From a virus (Duplodnaviria; Caudoviricetes): DNA of 64,000 nucleotides. Below, in pieces: positions 17,532 to 27,341 of this stretch; the stretch's first letter is position 1, and each line of letters opens with the position of its first letter. Position numbers and translations under genes: made by a program. The notes below the pieces were generated by a model. It saw nothing but the letters and a program-made list of their open reading frames with translations, made no database searches and was not told the origin of the DNA. The DNA lies in IMG/VR virus record IMGVR_UViG_3300027730_000005. One strand, written 5' to 3'.

Positions 17532-19114
17532 GCAAGTTTGGTTACCGAATAGTTAATAGTGGCTCCAATACCAGTGTTAGTGGTAGTGGCTTTCCAAGTT
17601 ACAATACCAGCAGTTTCACTCACAGCAAACGCAACACCAGTGGATGCATTTTGCACACCTGCATCGGATCCTTGTATATTTGTACCAGCATTGTCTGTTC
17701 CAGCCACAATGGTATACACACCAGTTCTGGTATTAACATCTCGAACAATAGTATAGTCAATCTGTACTGCTCTGATTGCTGTGGAATTAAATGTCAAAAT
17801 GGTTTGATCGGCTGTGTTGTTAAGCAATGATCCAGTAGCACCAGTTTGTCGCAAATACGTACCTTGTTGTAGTTGACTGGCTGAATCAAATGCTATGTTG
17901 ATACCGTTATTGACGTCGATGCGAGGATAAGTGCCAGCATAAACTGTGGTACGTTGAAACATGTCTCCGACGCTGACATTGTTTTGTCCTATGAAATTAA
18001 TAACTGATGTTGCCGGCGATGTGGTTCCATTAAAGTGATTGCCCACATCATAAAACGTGTTATAACCACTGGCATTCATTCCAGTACCAGCAGCAATTAT
18101 AATACCTTCAGCATAGATGTTATCGAATACATTGCCTAAGAAACGGAATCCAGTAGGGCCGCCATTTACTGGAGAAGGATTGCCTAACGACACACCTTGA
18201 TAGTGTGTATCAAATGTACTTTCTGTAACCAATACACCTTGCACTTGATTGGGGGTCTCAAATGCCCAGGTGGTACCACCAAATGTACATCGACGGAAAG
18301 TGATGTTATTACAGACTAAACTTGCAGTGGAACTAAAATGTACACATGCTGTGCTATCAATTGCAGTTGTTAGATCAGGTTGGCCAAGTGATCCTGAAAA
18401 ACTCACATCTGTGAATGTACACTGTTCGGCATCTTCAACCAGGAATATATCTGCTAGGCCATCGGCTTCAAATCCCATATTGGATATTGAAATATCAACT
18501 GGAGGTGTGGCGCCATTGTTACCAATATTTACTCCAGTTTGCTGCAAGCTGTCACTGTACACAGCCACAAACTGACTGGCACTGCTTGCATCTAATACAA
18601 TAACACTGGAGTTGATCCCTTCACCGCACAACAATGCATAAGGTGGAATTTCAATTGAGCTAGTGACCAAGTAGCGACCAGCTGGGAAAAATAACGATCT
18701 ACGTATTTGTGGATTTGATTCTCTACAATACAGTTGAAACAATGCACGATTGATAGCGTCAGTGTCATCAGTTACGCCATCGCCCACAGCACCAAAATTC
18801 AGTACACTGGCAAATTGGTCTAGCCAGCTTTGCAGTGGAATACTAATTGGACTACCTGACGACGATCCTGTTTGTACTGTATATCCAGCTGCTGTACCTT
18901 GGTAAGTGTATGCTCCGCCTACTAGCAATATGTCACTGTATTCAGTGAGAATTTCTGTATTGCCTATTACAGGTGCACCATCTTGCAAGGTTCCATTGCC
19001 GATGTATAATCGACGTTCGTCGATTGCCCAGCCTAATTCTGCGCCAGCTAGTTGTGGCAGATTTTCTGCTAGACCTTTACGATTTGTTATTCGTGATACT
19101 TGAACTATTGCCAT
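17528..19114 (-). CDS. Tail-fibre/tailspike-like protein with a pectate-lyase-type beta-helix
   Basis: LAGAELGWAIDERRLYIGNG head, SVLNFGAVGDGVTDDTDAINRA, LFFPAGRYLV, and beta-helix repeats. Confidence 0.75.
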   Translation of the reverse strand: MAIVQVSRITNRKGLAENLPQLAGAELGWAIDERRLYIGNGTLQDGAPVIGNTEILTEYSDILLVGGAYTYQGTAAGYTVQTGSSSGSPISIPLQSWLDQFASVLNFGAVGDGVTDDTDAINRALFQLYCRESNPQIRRSLFFPAGRYLVTSSIEIPPYALLCGEGINSSVIVLDASSASQFVAVYSDSLQQTGVNIGNNGATPPVDISISNMGFEADGLADIFLVEDAEQCTFTDVSFSGSLGQPDLTTAIDSTACVHFSSTASLVCNNITFRRCTFGGTTWAFETPNQVQGVLVTESTFDTHYQGVSLGNPSPVNGGPTGFRFLGNVFDNIYAEGIIIAAGTGMNASGYNTFYDVGNHFNGTTSPATSVINFIGQNNVSVGDMFQRTTVYAGTYPRIDVNNGINIAFDSASQLQQGTYLRQTGATGSLLNNTADQTILTFNSTAIRAVQIDYTIVRDVNTRTGVYTIVAGTDNAGTNIQGSDAGVQNASTGVAFAVSETAGIVTWKATTTNTGIGATINYSVTKLA

Positions 19115-19160
19115 GTGAGTCCTGATTCTGTGCTGTATTTAGCCAGAATCCGTCGAGCAA

Positions 19161-19877
19161 CTAAATGTGTTTGGTATAGTATTCTTCTACCTTGCGCCAC
19201 CATAAGTTACAATAACGATCGTATTCAGCACCTTCCAATACAAATTCTTGATATTGAGGTGGGCTTATAATATTGTGATTGGCGTCAAGATCAGGTTTCA
19301 CACACATGAGAATCACTCCCTTGCGTATTTTTGTACCATGCAATTCATTGTGAGCTTCTGCATAAGCACATAATTGAACAAAGTAATCATCAATCCATTC
19401 ACGCTTTTTTGGCTTGTTGGATTGTTTGTAATCCAAAATACTTTCTTCATTCAAGTGCAACCCTGCACCATCAGTGGTACCTGCATATATCTTAGGGAAA
19501 TATAATGGTACTTCAATACCCCAGAATTCATTTACATTTTTCAATCCATCACGTATTACAGTCTTGGCCATTTCGTGACTGCTCCAGGAAAATGGATTTG
19601 TGCCACGTTCTTTAATTGAGCCTTTTTTCACATAGTCTTCAAGGTACGTGTGCATACGTGTGCCGCGATTGGCGGCTTCAGTGGTAATCTGTTGTGCCTT
19701 TTCTGCACCTACTGCACGCCGCCAATTGTGCAATGCAGCCTTGCTTTCTTCGCTTTTGGTCTTGTCAAGAATGGTAGTCACCGATGGCAACTTGTTTCCA
19801 TCTGGTGTGGCATAAAAACGTTTGCCTTCTATTGTGACTCTAGGAATCTCTTGGTAATCAAATTTTGGATTGTACAA
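19161..19877 (-). CDS. PD-(D/E)XK exonuclease
   Basis: PSVTTIL, RGTRMH, IEVPLY, AGTTD, ILDYKQS, QLCAYA. A TTG start at 19877 is likely (ORF track gives 19916). Confidence 0.85.
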   Translation of the reverse strand: MYNPKFDYQEIPRVTIEGKRFYATPDGNKLPSVTTILDKTKSEESKAALHNWRRAVGAEKAQQITTEAANRGTRMHTYLEDYVKKGSIKERGTNPFSWSSHEMAKTVIRDGLKNVNEFWGIEVPLYFPKIYAGTTDGAGLHLNEESILDYKQSNKPKKREWIDDYFVQLCAYAEAHNELHGTKIRKGVILMCVKPDLDANHNIISPPQYQEFVLEGAEYDRYCNLWWRKVEEYYTKHI

Positions 19878-19878
19878 A

Positions 19879-20199
19879 TTAAACTCTAAAACTTTCTCCA
19901 CATCCGCAGCGGTCACGTTCGTTAGGATTGCTGAACTGAAATCCTTCGTTGAGCCCTTGTCTAGTGTAGTCTACTTCAAGACCTTGCAGATATGCACCGC
20001 TTTTGGGATCAACAAATAATTTACATTTGTTGGAATCAATACATATATCGTCCGGTTGCACAGTGTCTACATATTCTAACACATAAGCAAGCCCAGAGCA
20101 ACCTGTTGTTTTGACTCCCACACGAATACCAATTCCGTGTCCTCGACGTTGAATGGTTTGAGTTATTTTTCGAGCAGCAGTTTCAGTTATTGTTATCAT
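19879..20199 (-). CDS. iscA: Fe-S cluster assembly A-type carrier
   Basis: TTGCSGLAY, FSNPN, CGCGESF. Confidence 0.95.
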   Translation of the reverse strand: MITITETAARKITQTIQRRGHGIGIRVGVKTTGCSGLAYVLEYVDTVQPDDICIDSNKCKLFVDPKSGAYLQGLEVDYTRQGLNEGFQFSNPNERDRCGCGESFRV

Positions 20200-21446
20200 T
20201 TGATATGTTGATAGTAAGAGTTTTTATCTTCGTCTGACAGCAGATCCCATAATTTTTTATTGTTAAAACTCAGATCAGTCTTGGTTAGATTATCCCATTT
20301 TGCAGTAGTTGATATGTAAGTATCCCAATCGATCTCTGAAAAAGTATCACTAGTTAATTGATCTAAGAGAGATTGTATGCTTTTTTTAAAAACTTGATTC
20401 CTATTGAATAACGAATGCCCTTGTAATAATATCTCCTGAATCTGTACTGCTAATTTTTTCCGCAGATACAATGGCAGGGCTAACAATGACAAATGATCAC
20501 ATTCTGACAGCGAGTTGTCAAATATTTTAATATCACGCCCGGAGATATTAAACTTCCCAAAATAATCTAAAAATTCTTTAAGATAGGCTATATTGTTAAT
20601 ATAAAAAGTTGGAGTGATGTGCAAATTAACATTCGAATATGTTTCCGCTAACAATTTAAATTTTTGCAAATTATTGTGTATCTTTTCAAATTTCACTGGA
20701 TATCTTACATATACAAAGTTATCATCATCAGTTGAATCAACACTTATAGCAAACGATAAACTTTTAAAATTATTAGGCCATTTGTTAAAAATTTCTTCAA
20801 GAAACACTGATCCATTTGTGCCTATTTGCAAATTAATCTTGTTGCTGAGCTTTTCTTCTTGTAACCAGTCGGTTAGCATGTACAGGTCTGATTGGATAGT
20901 TCCTTCACCGCCCATAATGATTAATTTAAAATCTTCGTGCTGGTTGCTTATTTCTCTTATGTTAGTTTTTAATGTTTCAAAATACATTGGATCATTACCA
21001 ATGGATTTAGGTACCGTTTGGTTGGTGTTCCATATTGAATCATATAAGCTACTGGTATTAGCATTACATATTCTACAGGCCATATTGCATTTGTTACTAA
21101 ATGTAACAAACATAAGAAAGTTATCAATTTTTTTAGTTGTTAAAAATTTATTCAACTCTCGAGGACTTAAAGAAGCTAACGCCCGTTGTCTACCGCTAAA
21201 CTGATTGTTAGTTTCTTTTTTATGACATAAATGACAATTTTTATCAATCTTCCTTGATTCAATATGTTGTTTGACTTCGGCGATAGGGTTATCACCAGCG
21301 GATCGATACCAGCAACAAGGATCTTGTTTAATCGAACTAAAGTGAACACCTAAATTAGAATATGGTATTACACATATATGTTGATTGTCCATTGACCATT
21401 GATTAAACTCCACGCTGTAGTCAAATGTTGTACTATGCGGAATCAT
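20196..21446 (-). CDS. Radical SAM protein with N-terminal Cys cluster (SPASM/twitch-like)
   Basis: CNMACRIC, MGGE, ISVDS, and N-terminal CVIPY..CC..CHLC. Confidence 0.88.
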   Translation of the reverse strand: MIPHSTTFDYSVEFNQWSMDNQHICVIPYSNLGVHFSSIKQDPCCWYRSAGDNPIAEVKQHIESRKIDKNCHLCHKKETNNQFSGRQRALASLSPRELNKFLTTKKIDNFLMFVTFSNKCNMACRICNANTSSLYDSIWNTNQTVPKSIGNDPMYFETLKTNIREISNQHEDFKLIIMGGEGTIQSDLYMLTDWLQEEKLSNKINLQIGTNGSVFLEEIFNKWPNNFKSLSFAISVDSTDDDNFVYVRYPVKFEKIHNNLQKFKLLAETYSNVNLHITPTFYINNIAYLKEFLDYFGKFNISGRDIKIFDNSLSECDHLSLLALPLYLRKKLAVQIQEILLQGHSLFNRNQVFKKSIQSLLDQLTSDTFSEIDWDTYISTTAKWDNLTKTDLSFNNKKLWDLLSDEDKNSYYQHIK

Positions 21447-21821
21447 TTAATGCTTGCTCTTGTAATCAATTATTGCTGCTTTGATCGCATCTTCTGCAAG
21501 TATTGAACAATGAATTTTAACTGGGGGGAGGGCAAGCTCGCCAGCAATCTCGCTATTCGTAATCTCTGCCGCTTGGGCAAGTGTCCGTCCTTTGACCCAT
21601 TCAGTAACCAGCGAACTCGACGCAATCGCGCTTCCGCAACCATACGTTTTAAATCTTGCATCTGTGATAATTCCATCAGTTACTTTTATGCTCAATTGCA
21701 AAACATCACCGCAACTTGGTGCTCCAACGAGTCCTATCCCGACTCCCTCTTCGTCTTTTTTATAAGATCCAACATTTCTTGGATTATTATAATGATCGAG
21801 AACAGCTTCACTATACGCCAT
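21447..21821 (-). CDS. iscU: Fe-S scaffold protein
   Basis: DHYNNPRNVG, APSCGDV, YGCGSAIASSS, LPPVKIHCSILAEDA. Confidence 0.96.
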   Translation of the reverse strand: MAYSEAVLDHYNNPRNVGSYKKDEEGVGIGLVGAPSCGDVLQLSIKVTDGIITDARFKTYGCGSAIASSSLVTEWVKGRTLAQAAEITNSEIAGELALPPVKIHCSILAEDAIKAAIIDYKSKH

Positions 21822-22407
21822 ACTTATCTCCTATTATAGATTTTACTACATCGTCTGATTGAAAATAATCCCATTTGGATCTATTCTCTTCTCCTAGTAT
21901 ATACCTTAAATTTTTCCTTCCTCCAATTACGGTAGGATCTATACCTAATGTGTATCCTTGCCTGTAAGGAATGATATGATCAAGTTGATAATCAGTTTTC
22001 CTTTTTCCAGTTATTTTAGCTGTTCCTTCTTTTTTCATAGCATACACAGTTCTATAAGTTGCTTTCTGGCATTCTCTTTTGTATGCAGTGAAATTATCAT
22101 CTACATAGTTTTTAGGTCTGAGATTATTCAGTTTACCATTTTTGTTAGGATTATCAATTAACCACTTTTCTCGTTGTCTTTCATTTGGAATACCTTTGTT
22201 CCACCCATGTCCTTTAGCAAGCCCCGATGTGTTTTGTTTTGCTTTTTGGTCATCATTGAGTTTAACACCCTTATTCCATGGAATGTGGCCTGGTCTGTTA
22301 TGTGGATTTTTACACGGTTGAGAACAATATTCAAGTAACCGCGGCTTAGTAATAAATTTGTTACCGCAGAATAAACATATTTTTTGTATACCATACTTGT
22401 TTTTCAT
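21811..22407 (-). CDS. HNH homing endonuclease
   Basis: CxxC..CxxxC, repeated P/GWNKG (NUMOD3-like), LDHIIP...NLRYI...ENRSK. AT-rich. Confidence 0.8.
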   Translation of the reverse strand: MKNKYGIQKICLFCGNKFITKPRLLEYCSQPCKNPHNRPGHIPWNKGVKLNDDQKAKQNTSGLAKGHGWNKGIPNERQREKWLIDNPNKNGKLNNLRPKNYVDDNFTAYKRECQKATYRTVYAMKKEGTAKITGKRKTDYQLDHIIPYRQGYTLGIDPTVIGGRKNLRYILGEENRSKWDYFQSDDVVKSIIGDKYGV

Positions 22408-22412
22408 ACAAG

Positions 22413-22418
22413 TATTTA
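22413..22418 (-). promoter_or_regulatory. Late promoter core
   Basis: TAAATA 5 nt above the HNH ATG. Confidence 0.65.
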
Positions 22419-22444
22419 TGATAGGCGCACCAGTCTGTGCAGGG

Positions 22445-22792
22445 TTAAACGCTGCGATCTTTTTTCATTGCGGATTGTGCGGCTTGTGCTACAATATCTT
22501 GTGCTTGATTAACTGGCATGGTGACTGGTCCAGGCTTATCGCCACCTTTGAATATTAGTTCTGTAGCGTCGGGACTCATTGGCTCAATCAAACCACTCAA
22601 TGGAGGTTGTCCAATTAAGGTTTGCAAAGTGTCGGGAGTGATATCTACGCCCATACTTTGTGCTCGATTGATAAATGCCTGCACTGGCATTTGCATCTTG
22701 GCAGAAGTGTCTTGTGCTCTACCCACAGCAAACTTGGCCAAGGCCATGAGTTTGTCTGCGGTAGCATCTGCTTCTACTTCGTTGATTCGCAT
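22445..22792 (-). CDS. Hypothetical protein, possible internal head protein
   Basis: MRINE start, resembling an I/L-x-E prohead-protease site. Confidence 0.6.
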   Translation of the reverse strand: MRINEVEADATADKLMALAKFAVGRAQDTSAKMQMPVQAFINRAQSMGVDITPDTLQTLIGQPPLSGLIEPMSPDATELIFKGGDKPGPVTMPVNQAQDIVAQAAQSAMKKDRSV

Positions 22793-23691
22793 TATCTGCG
22801 CTCGCGTCCTAGTGCTGCGGCCGGTGCGGCTGCACCTGGTTCAACGGCTGCTATTTCAATTTCTTCTTCGCCTGGCGCAGGACCTGCTAGTCCCATATCT
22901 CCTTCTGGAGGGGACATACCTGCATCGGCTCCTGGCATTTCTACAGGACCTTGCCCAGTTACAACACCCAATGCTTGTTCTAGCTGTTGCTTGCTGCTTT
23001 GCAAATTCTGCACTAGACCACTCAATGCCGCTTGTGCATCACTGTTAAACTGTGCAGCTTGGTTAGCCCCAATTTGATTCTTGATCGAATCCACTAATGC
23101 TGGCAATTCTTTGAATTGCATCTCGGTGCTGTCTTCAATCATGTCTTGCAGTTTGTCAACCATATCTTGTGCGGCCAATACAACTTGAGCTTGTTGCACT
23201 TCACTTTCGCTGAGATAGTAACCGTAGCCTTGCGCACGTAATCGAAGTTTGGTTTCTTGTACCGAAGTAGTGGTGTTAATACTGTTGAGTTCGTTCTGCT
23301 TATCAGTTACTTGTTTTTTCAAATCGTCAAGTTCTTGTTGCACCTGCTTTTTTTGATCCATCTTTTGCTTCACAGCCATAGCAGCGGCCTGTTGAGGATT
23401 TACACCAGGAGCTGCTCCTGGTGCAGTAGTTGCGACCATTTCGGCTTCGTAGATCTTTTCAGCTAATGCTTGTTCCATCATCATGAGCTTGAGATAAGCT
23501 GGATTCTTTTGGCTGGTATGACGAGCAGAACTGCTGCGCACTTCACTTAACACACCTCGTACCTGGCGATACATGTTATGCAGTTGTTTGCGATTCAAAG
23601 TATCAAAGTTGACCGATTGATCAAAATGACTTTCAAATACTTTAGAGATTTGTCGTGTAGGGCGTGTTACGGCCAATTCGTTTAGTTTCAT
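22792..23691 (-). CDS. Putative head scaffold/internal protein
   Basis: MKLNE start, several I/L/V-x-E sites, coiled coils, and late promoter TAAATA at 23715-23720 with an RBS. Confidence 0.55.
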   Translation of the reverse strand: MKLNELAVTRPTRQISKVFESHFDQSVNFDTLNRKQLHNMYRQVRGVLSEVRSSSARHTSQKNPAYLKLMMMEQALAEKIYEAEMVATTAPGAAPGVNPQQAAAMAVKQKMDQKKQVQQELDDLKKQVTDKQNELNSINTTTSVQETKLRLRAQGYGYYLSESEVQQAQVVLAAQDMVDKLQDMIEDSTEMQFKELPALVDSIKNQIGANQAAQFNSDAQAALSGLVQNLQSSKQQLEQALGVVTGQGPVEMPGADAGMSPPEGDMGLAGPAPGEEEIEIAAVEPGAAAPAAALGRERR

Positions 23692-24133
23692 TTGAGTTTC
23701 CTCGTAGTTGCCAGTATTTAGCCAAATTTATACATTTTGCTAGTTCTTTTTCTAGGACCTGAGTATATTCTTGCCTAGCACTTGTTTTATTAATCAAGTT
23801 TTCCCATGTGTTTCCGGCTGTGCGATCAGCCAATGCACGACGTACATATATGTCATTGCGCAATCTAACGACAGATTGATCTAATTCTTTTATTTGTCTA
23901 GCCAAGTTGAAATGATGTAGATTATCTGCTATGCACCAAGCCAATGCAGATTTGGTAGCAGAAAATGTGCCAATCTCATCATCACGCTGACAAACTTGAA
24001 ATCCTGCAGGTACAGGGTATATGGTGTATTTGCCAAATACTCGATACTTCTTGCCATCTTCTATAATTACTTTGTTTAAAAGCAGCGGCAACTCTTGTTC
24101 TGCTAATGCAGCCAATTTACGACTGGCTTTCAT
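23642..24133 (-). CDS. Hypothetical protein
   Basis: Start reassigned to the ATGA overlap at 24133. Confidence 0.7.
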   Translation of the reverse strand: MKASRKLAALAEQELPLLLNKVIIEDGKKYRVFGKYTIYPVPAGFQVCQRDDEIGTFSATKSALAWCIADNLHHFNLARQIKELDQSVVRLRNDIYVRRALADRTAGNTWENLINKTSARQEYTQVLEKELAKCINLAKYWQLRGNSNETKRIGRNTPYTTNL

Positions 24134-24390
24134 TTGAATACGTAGTTTGTTAGCATCCAACCCACAGTGGCCACAAGGAATCCAATTATAGCTATTCCCC
24201 ACCCAACGAGTTGATCATTACGTTTGGCTGACATGGTATGCACCATTTCATGCACTGACTCTACCATGACTTTTACCGATTCGATTCCTGATTCAACAGT
24301 TTGAATTTTGAGTTCTAGCATGCGATAACGTTCGGCACAAAGCTCAACGTGCGCCTCTAAACTTTTCTTCTCGATGTCTGTGGTGTCCAT
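24130..24390 (-). CDS. Coiled-coil protein with C-terminal TM helix
   Basis: HVELCAERY coiled coil, then a hydrophobic C-terminus. TAAATA is 4 nt upstream. Confidence 0.65.
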   Translation of the reverse strand: MDTTDIEKKSLEAHVELCAERYRMLELKIQTVESGIESVKVMVESVHEMVHTMSAKRNDQLVGWGIAIIGFLVATVGWMLTNYVFK

Positions 24391-24393
24391 GAG

Positions 24394-24804
24394 TTATTTA
24401 TGGTTCAACGGTTCAAACCAGATGTTAACATCTGGACGTAGTAATGTAGTCAATTGTTGCTCAACATAGTTAATGATAGGTACACCATCGCAGGCTTGTC
24501 GTAATCTTCCCACAGGATCATTTTCCACTGCAAACACATCATCAAATTCTGTATCAAACTCAAATTGCCAACGTTGGTCTTTGATTCTCACACGAGACAC
24601 TCGTACTGGTTGTGTGTAAAGACCAATCAACTGCATGATAGTTTCCCAGTTGCGTTGTTGGTTACGACTGCGAACCCATGTGGATACGTCAGTTACTTGC
24701 TGCCCCAGCTGATCCGTAAACGGCAGCAAATTTTCTCTTAGATGTCCGGTAACTCCAGTGGGTCTGCAATCAAAGTCAGTGGTTATTTGTATACTCAATG
24801 TCAT
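24394..24804 (-). CDS. Hypothetical protein
   Basis: TAAATA (24809-24814) is 4 nt upstream of the ATG. Confidence 0.7.
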   Translation of the reverse strand: MTLSIQITTDFDCRPTGVTGHLRENLLPFTDQLGQQVTDVSTWVRSRNQQRNWETIMQLIGLYTQPVRVSRVRIKDQRWQFEFDTEFDDVFAVENDPVGRLRQACDGVPIINYVEQQLTTLLRPDVNIWFEPLNHK

Positions 24805-24819
24805 ATGGTATTTACGACC

Positions 24820-24850
24820 AAAAAAAAGCCCTGGAAATAAACCAGGGCCT
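24820..24850 (-). terminator. Intrinsic terminator
   Basis: GCCCTGG/CCAGGGC stem followed by a U-run on the minus strand. Confidence 0.8.
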
Positions 24851-24872
24851 TGATTTTTGCTACCGCTTAGAA

Positions 24873-25304
24873 TTAAGTCGGAGCAAAGTTGGTTGCGCTT
24901 GTGACAAACACAGCATTACCTGCGCATGAGCTCAATTCCAGGTTCTGACCACCTGAAGCCACAGTAGCACTGGTATTAGCAGTAGCTAGCAATGTGACGT
25001 TGGTGTAAGCACCTGTGGGATACACAGCCAAGTTCAACACTGTAGGTGCTGCTGGGCTAACTTGATACATGGCCACTGTGGCTTTGGTCTGAATAGCTTG
25101 CATCAGGTTGTTGATGTAGCCATTGACGTTACCGGATGTGGTCAATGAACCATTGGCTACCAAGCTGAAAAAGTCCAGCTTAGGGCCTTGGAAGTTAACT
25201 GAGCCTGTGGCTGCAATGTTAGCTGTACCTTGAATGTTACCATTCGCAGTGTCCATGTGGAATACTGGTTGTGTAGTTCCGTTTACTCTTGTAAATACTG
25301 CCAT
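24873..25304 (-). CDS. Putative abundant virion structural protein
   Basis: Stand-alone late unit (TAAATA 25343-25348, AGGAGA RBS, own terminator); T/A/N/G-rich. Confidence 0.55.
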   Translation of the reverse strand: MAVFTRVNGTTQPVFHMDTANGNIQGTANIAATGSVNFQGPKLDFFSLVANGSLTTSGNVNGYINNLMQAIQTKATVAMYQVSPAAPTVLNLAVYPTGAYTNVTLLATANTSATVASGGQNLELSSCAGNAVFVTSATNFAPT

Positions 25305-25364
25305 TTTAAAATCTCCTAGTTAGTGGGTTTTTGCCCTACACTTATTTATGAATTTGGCAAAAAA

Positions 25365-27341
25365 TTAGGCAGTTGGCGGATTGTTTCTGGCTTTATTTCG
25401 AGCAGTAAAATCAAACCTATTCACTGCTTTGCCATAGCCTGCAGGGGTAGCAAATACCCATCCTTCGTTGCCGGGCACTTGCGTATCCAGCTGCGACAAC
25501 AGATCTAGTTTTAAATCATGCAATAGTTCAAACAACAAGAATGCAGCAGCCAAGGCCTGTTCATTTGAAGTAGGGCTACGCAGGTATTGTGCAATGTTGT
25601 TTACTTTCTGCGGAGTTTGAGTTTGTTGTAACCATGATAAAAATCCTGGAACTAGATCACTGAAATCACCAGTATACGCAGCATGATTTGGATCCACACG
25701 TTTGTTAATATAATCCACTGCCAATTTGGCCAAGTCGGTTATTTTCATAGCACGTAGTTCAGTGGGATTAAACAACGTATCCAATACTGCACGATTCTGA
25801 CGTAACAGTGTTTTGATCTGTTTGACTATGGCATCGTTCTTTGGTACAGGTTTGGCGTAGATAGGTTCAATCAGCAACAATCCTGGCACAGGATTAAACT
25901 TGACTCTACTGAGTGGTTGTTTGGACGCACCTGCATCTTCATACATGGTATGTACTGCCACACCCACATCGCTGTTGGCAATTTGCTGTCCTAGCTTGCT
26001 ACCAGCAGGAATACGATACTGTACTGTGTTAGGTTGGAATACTAAATTTCCAGCCTCCACAGGCGGGGTTTGTGTGTATAACAGATCACCTTTGACAAAA
26101 CCACGAAAGTTGGTAGGGGTAGCTGCTTCAAGATATGGCCAAATAGTTTGATATACTGGTAGTAATGTGTTTACTCTAGTGGCTGCATTACCTTTGGCTG
26201 CTGCATTGGCATCTCTGCGAGCCATATCGTCAGCGATGGCATCCGGACTGGTAAACAATCCGTCATATCCGGCGGCAGTGAATCCTGCATCATCTGTAAG
26301 CACAAACTCGCCGGTCTCGGGCTTTCTACCAAATACCACAGCAGGTTTACCGTCCCATTTTACTGATCCAGTTTTGGAATTTTCATAGAATGAATCTGCA
26401 ATAGCCAATGCTCGATCCACACCCGCAGTGCCCTGGCGGAACACATAGTCTTCTAGGTGTTCAATACCCTTGGCTTTGCCGCCGATTGCAGCAGGTTCTT
26501 GCTCGTACAGTTGATATATTTTCTTGGTTTCAATCAACGGCATCATGCCTTGATTTACAATTCTATCACGTAGTCTTGCCAAAAAGTTAACATCATTTTC
26601 CTTGACTGTGGTAGTAGGCTCCTGAAGTTCTTCACGTGCCAGATATTCGCGGAAGTCTGCTAGCTTGGTATCTCGTGAAGGGTCTTGTGCCAATGCAGCA
26701 TAAATGGATTCTACATTCTTTAGATTCTCACGGTCGGCACCTTGCCCTAGCAGCACACTTGCCACGTAGTCAGGATCCATACCACCATCCACTAGCTGAT
26801 TTGTGGTGCGAGAGAACATACCATTGGCACCCACTTTGAGTCCCAGTTGCTTGGCTATGCTGCTCATTAGCACATTGCGGTTCATTCCTTTGTATGCAGA
26901 ATCTGTGCCGCCAGCATAAAAGAATTGGCCCCAATCCAAATTAGGGAAAAACATAAAATCTGTTTGTACAAAGCCTTTGTTGGAATCGCCTGCAATAGGT
27001 GTTCGCAAGTGTACTTCGCCGCCCTTTTTGACCCACTCTCTAGGATCAAGTTCTTGACTCTGCACAAACTGTGTGAGAATAGCAGCCAATTGTTCTTTGC
27101 TGATCTCATTGAGATCCACAGCTAGATCCAAATCGCCTGATGTGGGCTTTTTACCTGTGCTGCCCAACCAACGTAGTGGTATGCCATCTGACCCTTTTTC
27201 TGTAGTAAAGTCTATACCGGTGACTTGTTCGATCCAATCAATTGTGGCTGGCACATCTTGCAGATTGATACGTTGGGTTAATGACTCACCCGATTTGGTT
27301 TTGAATACGTTGCCACCTTCAAGTAGCTGTTTAATTTGCAT
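25365..27341 (-). CDS. Two-domain protein: Pol-beta-like nucleotidyltransferase plus KxDG ligase-like domain
   Basis: GSTGKKPTSGDLDLAVD...VQTDF, and IEHLED...VKWDGKPAV...GDLLY...EGWV...KAV. Confidence 0.6.
   Translation of the reverse strand: MQIKQLLEGGNVFKTKSGESLTQRINLQDVPATIDWIEQVTGIDFTTEKGSDGIPLRWLGSTGKKPTSGDLDLAVDLNEISKEQLAAILTQFVQSQELDPREWVKKGGEVHLRTPIAGDSNKGFVQTDFMFFPNLDWGQFFYAGGTDSAYKGMNRNVLMSSIAKQLGLKVGANGMFSRTTNQLVDGGMDPDYVASVLLGQGADRENLKNVESIYAALAQDPSRDTKLADFREYLAREELQEPTTTVKENDVNFLARLRDRIVNQGMMPLIETKKIYQLYEQEPAAIGGKAKGIEHLEDYVFRQGTAGVDRALAIADSFYENSKTGSVKWDGKPAVVFGRKPETGEFVLTDDAGFTAAGYDGLFTSPDAIADDMARRDANAAAKGNAATRVNTLLPVYQTIWPYLEAATPTNFRGFVKGDLLYTQTPPVEAGNLVFQPNTVQYRIPAGSKLGQQIANSDVGVAVHTMYEDAGASKQPLSRVKFNPVPGLLLIEPIYAKPVPKNDAIVKQIKTLLRQNRAVLDTLFNPTELRAMKITDLAKLAVDYINKRVDPNHAAYTGDFSDLVPGFLSWLQQTQTPQKVNNIAQYLRSPTSNEQALAAAFLLFELLHDLKLDLLSQLDTQVPGNEGWVFATPAGYGKAVNRFDFTARNKARNNPPTA

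Noticed and set aside
17528-19114. Diversity-generating-retroelement target in the tail-fibre-like gene
   Set aside because: No reverse transcriptase and no template/variable repeat pair is visible in the window.
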